DNA of 64,000 bases from Candidatus Staskawiczbacteria bacterium (GCA_041661545.1 JBAZUH010000001.1:147877-211876), one strand, 5' to 3'; shown: positions 1 to 9,984, counted from the stretch's first letter. Made by a program: numbers and translations. The notes: generated by a model from the letters alone, not told the origin.

Positions 1-89
1 AATAATTAGCGCTTGGCGATATCCTGGAATCTCTAAACCCGGTGAAGAAATTCCAGTACCCGATGATATTAGGCAAGAGCTCTTAGAAA

Positions 90-410
90 ATGGAGACGAA
101 TAAAATTATTGGTTATACATTATTAATTGTTGGATTACTACTAATAGTTTTGCCGTTATGGCAAACTTATAATATTTTTACAGGCAAAGCTTTGCCAGCT
201 CAGGTATTTGTGCAACCCGAACCTAGTAAATCAGCCCAAGTTGCAGGTCCACTAGATATACAGGGCCAAGTTCAAAATGCCATGCTAAAAGTTTTACCAA
301 TAGACTTTATAAATAATACTTTAAATCTTACAAATTGGATGTTGTTATTATACATATTAATCTATGGTGGTGGAAAGATAGCCGACATTGGTGTAAAATT
401 AATCAAATAA
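90..410 (+). CDS. small membrane protein, unknown function
   Basis: 106-aa ORF with N-terminal (IIGYTLLIVGLLLIVLPL) and C-terminal hydrophobic segments; no family recognised. Confidence 0.45.
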   Translation: METNKIIGYTLLIVGLLLIVLPLWQTYNIFTGKALPAQVFVQPEPSKSAQVAGPLDIQGQVQNAMLKVLPIDFINNTLNLTNWMLLLYILIYGGGKIADIGVKLIK

Positions 411-411
411 T

Positions 412-801
412 ATGGCCTTTAGTCAAAAGAAGAATATTTTTATTATATGGCTTAAGTGGCATTTTTTAGAAGTGCCAAAGTTTTTGCTTGAAGTTTGGCA
501 AAATTATGTTTTGTTTGTTTTAAATTATTTTTCTTTGCCAACTCTGTTAAAATCACTATTTTCTCCTTGGCGTAGATATAGGTGGAATTATCCTAAAGGT
601 TTTCAAATTGGTGAAATTGCAGGAACGTTTCTTTCTAATGTGTTTTCTAGATTTTTGGGTTTTTTAATGAGAATTGTTTTAATAGTGTTGGGAATTTTAT
701 TGCAAGTTTTTGTTATATTCTTGGGGGCAGTAATATTTTTGTTTTGGATATTAGTGCCAATTATTATATTGGTGGGGTTTTGGTTTGTTTTATTTTATTA
801 A
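412..801 (+). CDS. polytopic membrane protein, unknown function
   Basis: 129-aa ORF starting 1 nt after the previous stop; long hydrophobic C-terminal half. Confidence 0.45.
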   Translation: MAFSQKKNIFIIWLKWHFLEVPKFLLEVWQNYVLFVLNYFSLPTLLKSLFSPWRRYRWNYPKGFQIGEIAGTFLSNVFSRFLGFLMRIVLIVLGILLQVFVIFLGAVIFLFWILVPIIILVGFWFVLFY

Positions 802-816
802 TAAGTTAAATATCAA

Positions 817-3381
817 ATGGCGTTTATTTTTGACATTAAAAATACAGAAATATTTTTGGCAGTAAAGAGAACCAAGTCTTTGCTTTTTAGATTTGCAAAA
901 ATTTTAAAAGATATTTCTTTGCTGTTGTTTATAATTTCTTTGTTGCTTATAGGTTTTTCTTTGTTTAATTTTGGTTCTGGTTATTTTGCAGAAAAAATGT
1001 TAGTTTTATTTTTTTCTGCTTATCTTGTTTTTTGGAATATTAGTTTATTTAAGGAATTTAAAATTAAAAAACCAGAAAATGATTTTAAAATTTCTGATGC
1101 AGTTGCTAAGCATAGTAATTATAACTTGGCCGAACTTTTGAGCTTTAGCGCTACTAATATTATTGTAGATTCTATTAAGTTTTGTAAAAAGAAAAAAATT
1201 AAAATCAATTCAACTTCTTTATTTTATTCTCTTGTGAGGTTTAGCAAAGATGTAGATTTAATTTGTTTACGATTGGGGCTAACTCCTAAAAAGTTATTAA
1301 TTGATATAAAAAATTATTTAGAAAAAGCAGAAAGAATTGGATTATCTGAGGACGCGGATATTTTTTCTGATAATTTTGAAAAAACTATAAAAACAGCTCT
1401 TAAAGTTTCTTTTGATAGAGGTCATCAAGCAATTGATGATAAAGACATATTAGTAGCTCTGGCCAAAGAAGATGAGCTGTTTCAGAAAATTTTAGTAGAA
1501 TTTGATTTGAAGGCAGAAGATGTTGAAAATTTAACTTTATGGTTAGAATCTGCAGAATTATTAAGAAATAAAAATAAAAAGTTTTGGACGTATGAAAATT
1601 TATTAAGACAAGGGTCTTTGGGAAAAGATTTTGCAACTGGCTATACAATAACCTTAGATAAATACTCTACAGACTGGAGAAAGGTAGTTTCTAATTGGAA
1701 ATATAGAGAAATTATAGGTCATAAAAAAGAATTAGAGGCAACAGAAATAGTATTGGCTAAAAAAAGTTCATCTAATGTTTTAATAGTGGGGGAAGCTGGC
1801 ACTGGTAGAAAAAGTATAATTGAGGCTTTAGCTCAAAAATGTTATTTGGGAACTTCTTTAGAAGAATTGAATAGTAAAAGGGTGGTTGAGCTAGATGTTA
1901 TTATGTTGGCGGCTCAAATACCTGATTTTGAAAAAATGGAATCTGCTTTAGAACAGATATTTTCAGAAGTTATTTCCTCTGGAAACGTAATTTTAGTTAT
2001 AGACAATTTAGAAAATTTTGTTGGTCAAAAAATACAAAAAGCTGGAGCAGTTGATATTACGGGAGTGCTTTCAAAATATTTGCCACTTCCAAATTTTCAG
2101 TTTATAGGGATAACTTCTTATGATGGTCTTCATAAAAGTTTAGAGGGTAACTCATCTTTTTCTAATTTTTTTACAAAAGTTGAAGTTTCTGAGGTTACAG
2201 AAGCTGAAACTATTAATATATTGCAATCTTCGGCTTTAGAATTAGAATATCACCATAAAGTTGTTATTTTATATCCAAGCATAAGAGAAACAGTAAATTT
2301 AACTGCTAGATATATGCCCAGCTTGCCATTTCCTAAAAAAGCATTAGATGTTTTAGAGGAAACTGCTGTTTATGTTCATAGATTAAAAGAAAAAATTGTT
2401 TTGCCTCACCATGTTGCAGAAATTATTTCTAAAAAAACAGAAATACCAGTTGGAAAAATGGAAGTTAAAGAAAAAGAGGTTCTACTTAATTTAGAAAATC
2501 TTATTCATGAAAGAATTGTTAACCAAGAAGAAGCTGTAAAGGGCATTTCAACCGCCATGAGGCGGGCTAGAATGGGCCTTGCCTCTAAAAAAAGACCTAT
2601 GGGTACATTTTTGTTCTTAGGGCCCACTGGAGTTGGTAAAACAGAAACCGCAAAGGCATTATCACAAATATATTTTGGGTCTGAGCAAAAAATGATAAGA
2701 CTTGATATGTCGGAGTTTCAAAGTGTTTTGGATATTCCACGATTAATTGGAGCTACTTCACCAATAGAAATGCAGGGTCTTTTGACCACGCCAGTTAGAG
2801 AATCTCCATTTTCTTTAGTTTTGTTAGATGAAATAGAAAAAGCGCATCCCAATATATTAAATTTATTTTTACAAATTTTAGACGAAGGTCATATAACAGA
2901 CGGACAGGGTCGCAAAGTTGTTTTTGCTAGCACAATTATTATTTGCACTTCAAATGCGGGAGCTGATATTATTTTTAAACAAGTAGAATCTGGTCAAGCG
3001 CTAGAAAAAGATAAATTATTAGCTATGCTTTTTGAGAAGAATATATTCAGGCCCGAATTTGTTAACCGTTTTGACGCAGCTGTAATTTTTCATCCTTTAA
3101 CAAAAGATAATTTAATGAAAATAGCCCAGTTATCTTTGGGCGGGTTGCAAAAAAACCTAAAAGAAAAAGATATTAATTTTGAAATTACAGAAGAGCTAAA
3201 ATCAAAAATTGTGGAATTATCTTATAAGCCAGAATTTGGAGCTAGAGAAATGAGAAGAGTTGTTCAAGATAAAGTAGAGGCAGTGGTTGCCGAAGCTTTG
3301 TTGTCTGATAAAATAAAAAAAGGAGATAGAATAGAAATTGATTCAGAAAGCTTTGAAGTTATTATTAATCCGATTGAATAA
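817..3381 (+). CDS. ClpA/ClpB-family AAA+ ATPase with N-terminal membrane anchor
   Basis: 854 aa. The second nucleotide-binding domain is canonical (GPTGVGKTE, LLDEIEKAH, sensor region). The first P-loop is atypical (GEAGTGRKS). The first ~80 aa are hydrophobic helices. Confidence 0.85.
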   Translation: MAFIFDIKNTEIFLAVKRTKSLLFRFAKILKDISLLLFIISLLLIGFSLFNFGSGYFAEKMLVLFFSAYLVFWNISLFKEFKIKKPENDFKISDAVAKHSNYNLAELLSFSATNIIVDSIKFCKKKKIKINSTSLFYSLVRFSKDVDLICLRLGLTPKKLLIDIKNYLEKAERIGLSEDADIFSDNFEKTIKTALKVSFDRGHQAIDDKDILVALAKEDELFQKILVEFDLKAEDVENLTLWLESAELLRNKNKKFWTYENLLRQGSLGKDFATGYTITLDKYSTDWRKVVSNWKYREIIGHKKELEATEIVLAKKSSSNVLIVGEAGTGRKSIIEALAQKCYLGTSLEELNSKRVVELDVIMLAAQIPDFEKMESALEQIFSEVISSGNVILVIDNLENFVGQKIQKAGAVDITGVLSKYLPLPNFQFIGITSYDGLHKSLEGNSSFSNFFTKVEVSEVTEAETINILQSSALELEYHHKVVILYPSIRETVNLTARYMPSLPFPKKALDVLEETAVYVHRLKEKIVLPHHVAEIISKKTEIPVGKMEVKEKEVLLNLENLIHERIVNQEEAVKGISTAMRRARMGLASKKRPMGTFLFLGPTGVGKTETAKALSQIYFGSEQKMIRLDMSEFQSVLDIPRLIGATSPIEMQGLLTTPVRESPFSLVLLDEIEKAHPNILNLFLQILDEGHITDGQGRKVVFASTIIICTSNAGADIIFKQVESGQALEKDKLLAMLFEKNIFRPEFVNRFDAAVIFHPLTKDNLMKIAQLSLGGLQKNLKEKDINFEITEELKSKIVELSYKPEFGAREMRRVVQDKVEAVVAEALLSDKIKKGDRIEIDSESFEVIINPIE

Positions 3382-3645
3382 TTAGCTATTGACATAAATA
3401 TATAAAAGAGTAGCATATAAATATAAATAGATGAATATTAAAAACCTCACAATTTTATTGAACTTGTTGTTATTGGACTTGCGCCAGGAGGTTTTTGATA
3501 ATGTGTAAACAATAAAACAAAAAAATATCAAAAAATCCTCCTAACAGAGGATTTTTTCTTTATTATTCTCGTTAGGCTAAAGCTTTAAACAGTTTTAGCC
3601 TAGCGAGAATAGTCGCACTTTCAAAATCAAACTACACATATAGCC

Positions 3646-3906
3646 ATGAGAACAATTAAATTTTCGCATGCAGTAAGAGGCAATTTAGACGTTGCCTCAG
3701 CAGCAGATGCTATCAATGAAATAGCTGAAAAACTGAACATCACGATAGTTAGCGAAGGAGCATCTTACAATGAGGAGACAGGAGAAATCGACATAAAAGT
3801 GAAGATAGACACTTCTTCTGGAGAAGTTCATAAATTCGAAAGTACCCTGCGGGAGGCTATTGATAATTTAGCACAGGTGGATGAATCAGCGATACCTGCT
3901 GCGTAA
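3646..3906 (+). CDS. hypothetical acidic 86-aa protein (GC-rich cassette I0)
   Basis: ORF visibly GC-richer than its flanks; followed by a hairpin plus C+T7 terminator at 3936-3963; no family recognised; no obvious SD. Confidence 0.45.
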   Translation: MRTIKFSHAVRGNLDVASAADAINEIAEKLNITIVSEGASYNEETGEIDIKVKIDTSSGEVHKFESTLREAIDNLAQVDESAIPAA

Positions 3907-3935
3907 AAGTTTATATAAAATAGTGATACTATTTT

Positions 3936-3963
3936 GGCTTGATGAAAATCGGGCCCTTTTTTT
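3936..3963 (+). terminator. intrinsic terminator of cassette I0
   Basis: GGCUUGA-UGAAAA-UCGGGCC stem (two G.U pairs) followed by C + 7 T. Confidence 0.6.
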
Positions 3964-4057
3964 ATGCCTGTGCACAAGTCTGTTTTTATATAAAAATGCT
4001 TTTACTGACCTGTGGATAACTATATTAAAATAGCTCTATTTAAGACTATTTTTGACA

Positions 4058-4136
4058 GTGGGGCAGGGGTGTTGACTAGGTGCCATGAAGTGGACTATAA
4101 ATAAGGAGAAGTGGGGAGATGTGGATAAATGTGGGA
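4058..4136 (+). promoter_or_regulatory. putative MraZ operator (GTGG[G/A] direct repeats)
   Basis: GTGGG/GTGGA boxes start at 4058, 4090, 4111, 4121 and 4131. The last three are spaced exactly 10 nt apart, just downstream of the -10 and upstream of mraZ. Confidence 0.6.
4072..4101 (+). promoter_or_regulatory. sigma70-like promoter of mraZ operon
   Basis: TTGACT (4072-4077), 18-nt spacer, TATAAA (4096-4101). Confidence 0.55.
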
Positions 4137-4178
4137 AAACTGGTAAAATAAGAGTATAACTAAAATAAATATATTTTC

Positions 4179-4610
4179 ATGTTAATTGGTCAATACGAAC
4201 ATACAATTGATATAAAAAAGCGATTAGCCCTTCCATCTAAATTTAGAGGAGAGTTGGGCGAAAAGGTGATTGTTACAAAGGGAGTAGAGAACTGCTTGAT
4301 TGTTTATACAGAAAAAGAATTTTTAGTAATTTCTGAAAAATTAAGTAATTTAACTATTAGTCAACCAGAAGCTAGGGGATTTGCAAGAACATTTTTAGCT
4401 TCAGCTATGGAAATAAATTTAGATAAATTAGGAAGAATATTAGTTCCAGACTATTTAAAAAAATATGCAGGGTTAAATAAAAATGTTGTTATTTGCGGAT
4501 TGTCTAATAGGTTAGAAATATGGGATTTGGAAAACTGGAATGCTTGGACAAAAGAAACAGAAAAAGGAGTTAGTGATATGGTTTCTAAATTAGGAGGGTT
4601 AGGAATATAA
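4179..4610 (+). CDS. mraZ: transcriptional regulator MraZ
   Basis: 143 aa; duplicated SpoVT/AbrB-like halves (DIKKRLALPSKFR ... DKLGRILVPDYL); first gene of the dcw-type operon. Confidence 0.95.
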   Translation: MLIGQYEHTIDIKKRLALPSKFRGELGEKVIVTKGVENCLIVYTEKEFLVISEKLSNLTISQPEARGFARTFLASAMEINLDKLGRILVPDYLKKYAGLNKNVVICGLSNRLEIWDLENWNAWTKETEKGVSDMVSKLGGLGI

Positions 4611-4615
4611 AAAAT

Positions 4616-5503
4616 ATGATACATACAGCTGTTCTTAAAAAAGAAGTTTTAGAAGGTCTTTCTCCAAAACAAAATGAAAACTTTATTGATTGCACAGTAG
4701 GTGAGGGGGGCCATGCAGAAGATATTCTTAAAAAAAATGGACCAATAGGAAAAGTGTTAGGTATAGATTTAGACCCACAGCAAATTGTATCTAGCCATTG
4801 GTTAGAAGCAATTTATAAAGATAGAGTTGCATTGGTTAACGATTCTTATACGCACATTACAGAAATTGTTGAAAGAAAAGATTTTAAACCAGTTAATGGC
4901 ATTTTATTGGATTTGGGAATGTCTTCTGTGCAATTAGACAAGGCTCATAAAGGTTTTTCTTTCAAAGTAGATCAAGGGATAGATATGAGATACAACGACG
5001 AAACGGGATATCTTACAGCAGAAAAAATTGTAAATGAATGGCCTGAAGAAAAAATTGAAGAAATGTTAGAAGAATATGGAGAAGAAAAATTTGCCAGAAA
5101 AATTGCTAAAAGTATTGTAGAGCAAAGAAAGCTAGGAAGAATTAAAACAACATTTCAACTTATAGAAATTATAAAAGATTCTACGCCTAGCGCATATTGG
5201 GGAGGAAAAATTCATTATGCAACTAGAACATTTCAAGCATTAAGAATTGCAGTTAACGACGAACTGGAAAATATTAAAAAAGTATTGCCACAAGCAGTTT
5301 CAATTTTAGAGCCAGAAGGCAGGTTAGTGATAATATCTTTTCATTCATTAGAAGACAGAATAGTTAAACAGTTTTTAATAGAAGAATCAAAAAAGGGAAC
5401 AATAAAAATATTAAACAAAAAACCACTAACAGCTTCCAGAGACGAGCTTGGGAAAAACCCCCGCTCAAGATCTGCAAAGTTGAGAGTGGCTATAAAAATA
5501 TGA
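4616..5503 (+). CDS. rsmH: 16S rRNA (cytosine1402-N4)-methyltransferase RsmH
   Basis: 295 aa; DCTVGEGGH, LLDLGMSS, SFHSLEDR motifs; follows mraZ. Confidence 0.95.
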   Translation: MIHTAVLKKEVLEGLSPKQNENFIDCTVGEGGHAEDILKKNGPIGKVLGIDLDPQQIVSSHWLEAIYKDRVALVNDSYTHITEIVERKDFKPVNGILLDLGMSSVQLDKAHKGFSFKVDQGIDMRYNDETGYLTAEKIVNEWPEEKIEEMLEEYGEEKFARKIAKSIVEQRKLGRIKTTFQLIEIIKDSTPSAYWGGKIHYATRTFQALRIAVNDELENIKKVLPQAVSILEPEGRLVIISFHSLEDRIVKQFLIEESKKGTIKILNKKPLTASRDELGKNPRSRSAKLRVAIKI

Positions 5504-5883
5504 CAACAGCTATATTAAGCTTAGGCAAAGCACAAAAAAGAATACAAAGTAGAATACAAACACAAATTGATTCTATAGAAATTCCTACTATAAATTGGAA
5601 ATTATTATGTATTGCCGGATTCTTTATGAGTTTAATGCTGTTGGTTTTTTATGTTTGGCAAATAGGCAACTTAACTAAGAGCTATTATTTGGTATCTGGA
5701 TATGAAAGACAAATTAGTAAACTTTCTGATGAAAATAAAAATTTACAAATTTCTTTTGCAGAAAATAGTTTTATGGAGCAAGCTATGGTAAGAATGCAAG
5801 AATTAAATTTTCAAAAAGCTACATTAATAAAATATGTGCACGTATTAGATTCTGAAACTCAAACAGCATTAGCAAACAAATGA
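5500..5883 (+). CDS. FtsL-like cell division protein
   Basis: 127 aa with a single TM helix then a coiled-coil-like region; lies in the position of ftsL between rsmH and ftsI; start and stop overlap both neighbours. Confidence 0.5.
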   Translation: MTTAILSLGKAQKRIQSRIQTQIDSIEIPTINWKLLCIAGFFMSLMLLVFYVWQIGNLTKSYYLVSGYERQISKLSDENKNLQISFAENSFMEQAMVRMQELNFQKATLIKYVHVLDSETQTALANK

Positions 5884-7616
5884 AGAAAAATGTTAGCTGG
5901 CGAATAAGTTTTATTTTAATAGCCATTATCTTATTGGGGACGGGTGTTGCTGCTCGTCTATTTTATTTACAAATTTTAAAACATAAACTTTACGAAGCTC
6001 AAGCACTTGGCCAACAAGTAGATTTTAACCCAGTTATTGGCCCAAGAGGGCAAATTTTTTGTGAAAATAGCCAAGAAACAAAAGGCGGAAAAGCTTCTGG
6101 AGATGTAAAAAGTTTAGCAATTAATAAAGATAACTGGACTATTTCTGTAAATCCTAAAGATATTACAAACAAACAAACTTTTGCTGAAATTTTAAGCAAA
6201 AATATTGGCCTTGCACAAGAAGAGATATTATCTAAGATAAGTGCTCAAAATTCTTATGTGGTAATAAGAAAAAACTTATCTTCAGCAGAAGCAGATAAAA
6301 TTAAGGCTTTAAATATTAGAGGTTTATTTTGGGAAAATAATCCGGAAAGATATTATCCTCAGGGGCAGATGGCTTCAAAAACGCTTGGATTTTTAGGTGG
6401 TTCGGGAGTTGGGCAATATGGCATAGAGGGGTATTACGAAGACATATTAAAAGGCAAAGAAGGCATTCAACAAAAAAATATTGGTCTAGACTCAGTATTT
6501 TTAAATGATGATAGAATTTCTTTAAATGGCTCAGATATTTATTTAACAATTGATTATAATATACAATTTCAAGCAGAAAATTTATTAAAACAAGAAAAAA
6601 TAAAAAATGATATAGAATCTGGTCAAATAATGGTTATAAAACCTGATACCGGAAAAATTTTAGCTTTGGCTGGTTTTCCTAATTTTAATCCTAATCAATA
6701 TTCTAAAGAGTCAGATTTAGATATTTTCCAAAACCCAATTCTTCAAAAACTTTTTGAGCCAGGATCTATTATGAAGCCATTTACTATGGCTGCCGCCCTA
6801 AACGAAGGAAAAATAACACCAGATACAACCTACACAGACACCGGAGTAGTAACATTTGGCAATTATTCTATTTATAACTTTAATAGAGAAAAATCTGGGC
6901 TGCAAACAATGACACAAGTTTTAGAAAAATCTATTAATACAGGTGTTGTTTTTGCAGAGCAAAAAATATCGCATCAATCATTTTTTAATTATATTGATAA
7001 ATTTGGATTTACTCAAAAAACAGGCATTGATTTGCAAGGAGAAGTTTATTCGCATAATAGTTTATTAAAAAATGGTCATGATATTGAATATGCAACAGCT
7101 TCTTTTGGCCAAGGAATTGAATTAACTCCTATTCAAATTACTAGAGGATTTTGTGCAATAGCAAACGGTGGCAAATTGGTAAAACCATATATAGTTGAAA
7201 AAATTGTTGATGGAAATAATGAAATTTATACTAAGCCCGAAATATCTAATTCTATTATTTCACAAAAAACAACCACTCAATTAACGAGAATGTTGATTAG
7301 TGTTATTGATAATGGTTTTAATAAAGTAGCTCAAATTCCCGGATATTATTTAGCTGCTAAAAGTGGAACAGCTCAAATTCCTTTAGAAAATGGAAAGGGG
7401 TATAGACCAAATAATCAGACTATTCAAAGCTTTGTTGGTTATGGCCCAGCCCTAAATCCCGAATTTTTAATATTTATTAAGTTAGATAATCCTAAATCAT
7501 CTCAATCTTCTCTTTCTGCAGGCCCAGTTTTTAAACAATTAGCTCAATATATTATTAATTATTGGCAGATTCCGCCAGACTATGATGTAGAAGCCAATAC
7601 GCAACCTGCTCAATAA
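5880..7616 (+). CDS. ftsI: class B penicillin-binding protein (FtsI/PBP2-type transpeptidase)
   Basis: 578 aa; N-terminal TM; SxxK (SIMKPF), SxN (SINTG), KSG (KSGTA) motifs. Confidence 0.9.
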   Translation: MKKNVSWRISFILIAIILLGTGVAARLFYLQILKHKLYEAQALGQQVDFNPVIGPRGQIFCENSQETKGGKASGDVKSLAINKDNWTISVNPKDITNKQTFAEILSKNIGLAQEEILSKISAQNSYVVIRKNLSSAEADKIKALNIRGLFWENNPERYYPQGQMASKTLGFLGGSGVGQYGIEGYYEDILKGKEGIQQKNIGLDSVFLNDDRISLNGSDIYLTIDYNIQFQAENLLKQEKIKNDIESGQIMVIKPDTGKILALAGFPNFNPNQYSKESDLDIFQNPILQKLFEPGSIMKPFTMAAALNEGKITPDTTYTDTGVVTFGNYSIYNFNREKSGLQTMTQVLEKSINTGVVFAEQKISHQSFFNYIDKFGFTQKTGIDLQGEVYSHNSLLKNGHDIEYATASFGQGIELTPIQITRGFCAIANGGKLVKPYIVEKIVDGNNEIYTKPEISNSIISQKTTTQLTRMLISVIDNGFNKVAQIPGYYLAAKSGTAQIPLENGKGYRPNNQTIQSFVGYGPALNPEFLIFIKLDNPKSSQSSLSAGPVFKQLAQYIINYWQIPPDYDVEANTQPAQ

Positions 7617-7620
7617 AAAA

Positions 7621-7646
7621 CACCTCGAGAAGTTCGAGGTGTTTTA
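7621..7646. terminator. bidirectional hairpin terminator between ftsI and tRNA-Glu
   Basis: CACCTCGA-loop-TCGAGGTG flanked by an A-run and TTTT. Confidence 0.7.
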
Positions 7647-7650
7647 GATG

Positions 7651-7725
7651 TGGCCCTACCGGGATTTGAACCCGGGTTTAGTGCTTGAGAAGCACGCGTC
7701 CTAGACCAGGCTAGACGATAGGGCC
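7651..7725 (-). tRNA. tRNA-Glu (anticodon CUC)
   Basis: The reverse complement folds as a cloverleaf. Acceptor GGCCCTA/TAGGGCC; Glu-type D arm GTCTAG..GGTCTAGGAC; anticodon loop TTCTCAA; T arm CCGGG-TTCAAAT-CCCGG. One C.U mismatch at 27:43. Confidence 0.8.
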
Positions 7726-7868
7726 ATGATTATTTATGTAAATTTATATTATTTTTATCATAAATTTAAGGTTTTGTCTATTTAGCCGTGTTTAACCAAC
7801 AATAAGTTATCCCCATAGCCATTGAGTTATTTTTAGGGTAAAATAAATAAATATATAATTATCTGTTT

Positions 7869-9008
7869 ATGATTAAGAATTTATTTAAAAATTACATTTA
7901 TCCAATCTCTGTTTTTTCTGGTGGGGTAATTGGAGTGGGGTTTTTATCTTTGCCATATGTTGCAATGCAATCGGGCATATGGATAACCTTAGGATATTTT
8001 ATAATTTTAACAGCTTTAATTGTTTTAATTAATTTAATTTTTTGTGACATTAGCTTAAAAACTCCTGATTTTAAAAGATTCCCCGGTTTTGTTGGCCATT
8101 ATTTTGGAAAAAAAGCAGAGATTTTTACCATGATTTTAATTATTGTGGGGGCAATAGGAGTTCTTTTAGCATATTTATTGGTTGGCTCCCAGTTTTTAGA
8201 ATCAGTTTTTAAACCAGTGTTAGGCGGGAGTACTTTTTTATATGTGTTAATTTATTTTTTTATAGTTAGCATAATTGTATATTTTGATATAAAAGTAGTT
8301 TCTAAAGTAGAATTTTGGGTTTTAGTTTTACTTTTTTTATCTTTGCTAGTTGTTTTTATAGAGGGTTTTTCAAACATAAAATTAAGCAATATTTTTAGTA
8401 ATAATCAAAATATTGGAATTGATAATTTATTTTTACCCTATGGGCCGTTATTGTTTGCTCTTTGGGGCGTTGGATTAATACCAGAGGTAGAAGAAATGAT
8501 TAGGGGCAACAAAAAAAGGTTAAAATCTATAATTACAGCCTCTACGATAATAATTTCAGTTTTTTATTTTTTATTTGTTATTTTAATATTAGGCATAACA
8601 GGAAATCAAACAGATCAAATTGCTTTAATTGGTCTTAAAAATTTTTTAAATAGTAATTTAGTTTCAATTGCCCTGTTAATGGGTGCTTTAGCAGCTATTG
8701 TTGCTTTTATCACTCAAGGAATAATTCTTAAAAAGACTTTAGTATTTGATTTAAAAATTAAACATTGGCAAGCATTTATTATAACGTGTTGCCCTCCATT
8801 AGTACTTTTTTTAATTGGATTTACATCTTTTATACCATTATTGTCTTTTATTGGAGCAGTATTAATTGGAATTGATGGAATTTTGATTTTGTTAATGTAT
8901 AAAAAAATTGGAGGAAAAAATATAATAATTTATTCGTTGTCTTTATTGTTTCTATTGGGAGTAATATATGAATTAATGTATTCCTGCCTACCGGCAGGCA
9001 GGTTATAA
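7869..9008 (+). CDS. amino-acid-permease-like polytopic membrane transporter
   Basis: 379 aa with ~11 hydrophobic helices; resembles the aromatic amino acid/HAAAP permease family; the last 7 codons are supplied by the 20-bp GC palindrome. Confidence 0.55.
   Translation: MIKNLFKNYIYPISVFSGGVIGVGFLSLPYVAMQSGIWITLGYFIILTALIVLINLIFCDISLKTPDFKRFPGFVGHYFGKKAEIFTMILIIVGAIGVLLAYLLVGSQFLESVFKPVLGGSTFLYVLIYFFIVSIIVYFDIKVVSKVEFWVLVLLFLSLLVVFIEGFSNIKLSNIFSNNQNIGIDNLFLPYGPLLFALWGVGLIPEVEEMIRGNKKRLKSIITASTIIISVFYFLFVILILGITGNQTDQIALIGLKNFLNSNLVSIALLMGALAAIVAFITQGIILKKTLVFDLKIKHWQAFIITCCPPLVLFLIGFTSFIPLLSFIGAVLIGIDGILILLMYKKIGGKNIIIYSLSLLFLLGVIYELMYSCLPAGRL
8983..9002. repeat. 20-bp GC palindrome CCTGCCTACCGGCAGGCAGG (copy 1)
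   Basis: Near-perfect palindrome in AT-rich DNA; encodes ...CLPAGR at the permease C-terminus; second copy at 54971-54990. Confidence 0.9.
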
Positions 9009-9024
9009 AATAAACGTAAATTAT

Positions 9025-9984
9025 ATGGTTTTACAAATTTTAGGATTTATAGCATCAATATTTATTTTATCTTGGTTGAGCTCTAAAATGGTGTCGGCAT
9101 TAATTAACATAGCTAAATATTTGCGTTGGAGAGAGTTTATTATTGCTTTTTTTGTAATGGCAGTAGCAGCATCTTTGCCAAACCTTTTTGTAGACATTGG
9201 AGCTGCAATGCGAGGTATGCCAGAATTAGCTTTTGGTGATATATTAGGAGGAAATTTAATTGATTTAACTTTAGTTTTGGCGTTAGCTGTATTTTTTAGC
9301 GCAAAATCTTTGCCCGCAGAAAGCGAAATGGTACAGAAGTCAGCGGTTTTTACATCTATAATAACCCTTCTTCCTTTATTTTTAATTTGGGATCAAAAAT
9401 TAGATAGAATAGATGGTGTAATACTTTTGTTGGCTTTTTGTATTTATACATGGTGGATGTTTTCAAAAAAAGATAGGTTTAAAAAAGTTTATAGGGGAAA
9501 ACCAAAGAACGAAGGGGTGGCATATTTTGGTTTTTTAATAAACACAATAAAAATAGTATTTTTTATAATTTTACTTTTAGCGATTTCTTATTTTATTATA
9601 AGTTCTGCACAATTTTTCTCTAGTCAGTTGGGTATATCTTTATCGCTTGTTGGTATATTAATTGTGGGGTTGGGAAACTGCTTTCCAGAAATATATTTTT
9701 CTATTATTTCTGCCAGGAGAGGGGAAAATTGGCTTATTTTGGGTGACTTAATGGGGTCTGTAATAATTTCTGCTACTTTGGTTCTTGGTATAATTGCATT
9801 AATTTTTCCTTTTGAAATTAAGGATTTTTCTCCATTTTTAGTTGCTAGAATATTTACTATAGTAGCTTCTTTAGTATTTTTAGTGTTTATAAGAACAGGT
9901 AAAAAAATTACCAAAATAGAGGGTTCAATTTTTACGTTAATTTATATACTATTTTTAATCACAGAAATATTTTTACCCCGTTAA
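9025..9984 (+). CDS. Ca2+/Na+ antiporter (CaCA / YrbG family)
   Basis: 319 aa with two alpha-repeat signatures (GDILGGNLIDLTLVL and GNCFPEIYFSIISA...GDLMGSVIISATLVLG). Confidence 0.8.
   Translation: MVLQILGFIASIFILSWLSSKMVSALINIAKYLRWREFIIAFFVMAVAASLPNLFVDIGAAMRGMPELAFGDILGGNLIDLTLVLALAVFFSAKSLPAESEMVQKSAVFTSIITLLPLFLIWDQKLDRIDGVILLLAFCIYTWWMFSKKDRFKKVYRGKPKNEGVAYFGFLINTIKIVFFIILLLAISYFIISSAQFFSSQLGISLSLVGILIVGLGNCFPEIYFSIISARRGENWLILGDLMGSVIISATLVLGIIALIFPFEIKDFSPFLVARIFTIVASLVFLVFIRTGKKITKIEGSIFTLIYILFLITEIFLPR

Noticed and set aside
2-103. Open frame from the window edge to TAA 101-103 (..ISKPGEEIPVPDDIRQELLENGDE*), possibly the 3' end of an upstream gene
   Set aside because: Only 33 codons are visible and there is no recognisable motif. 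This is plausible but not supportable as a feature.
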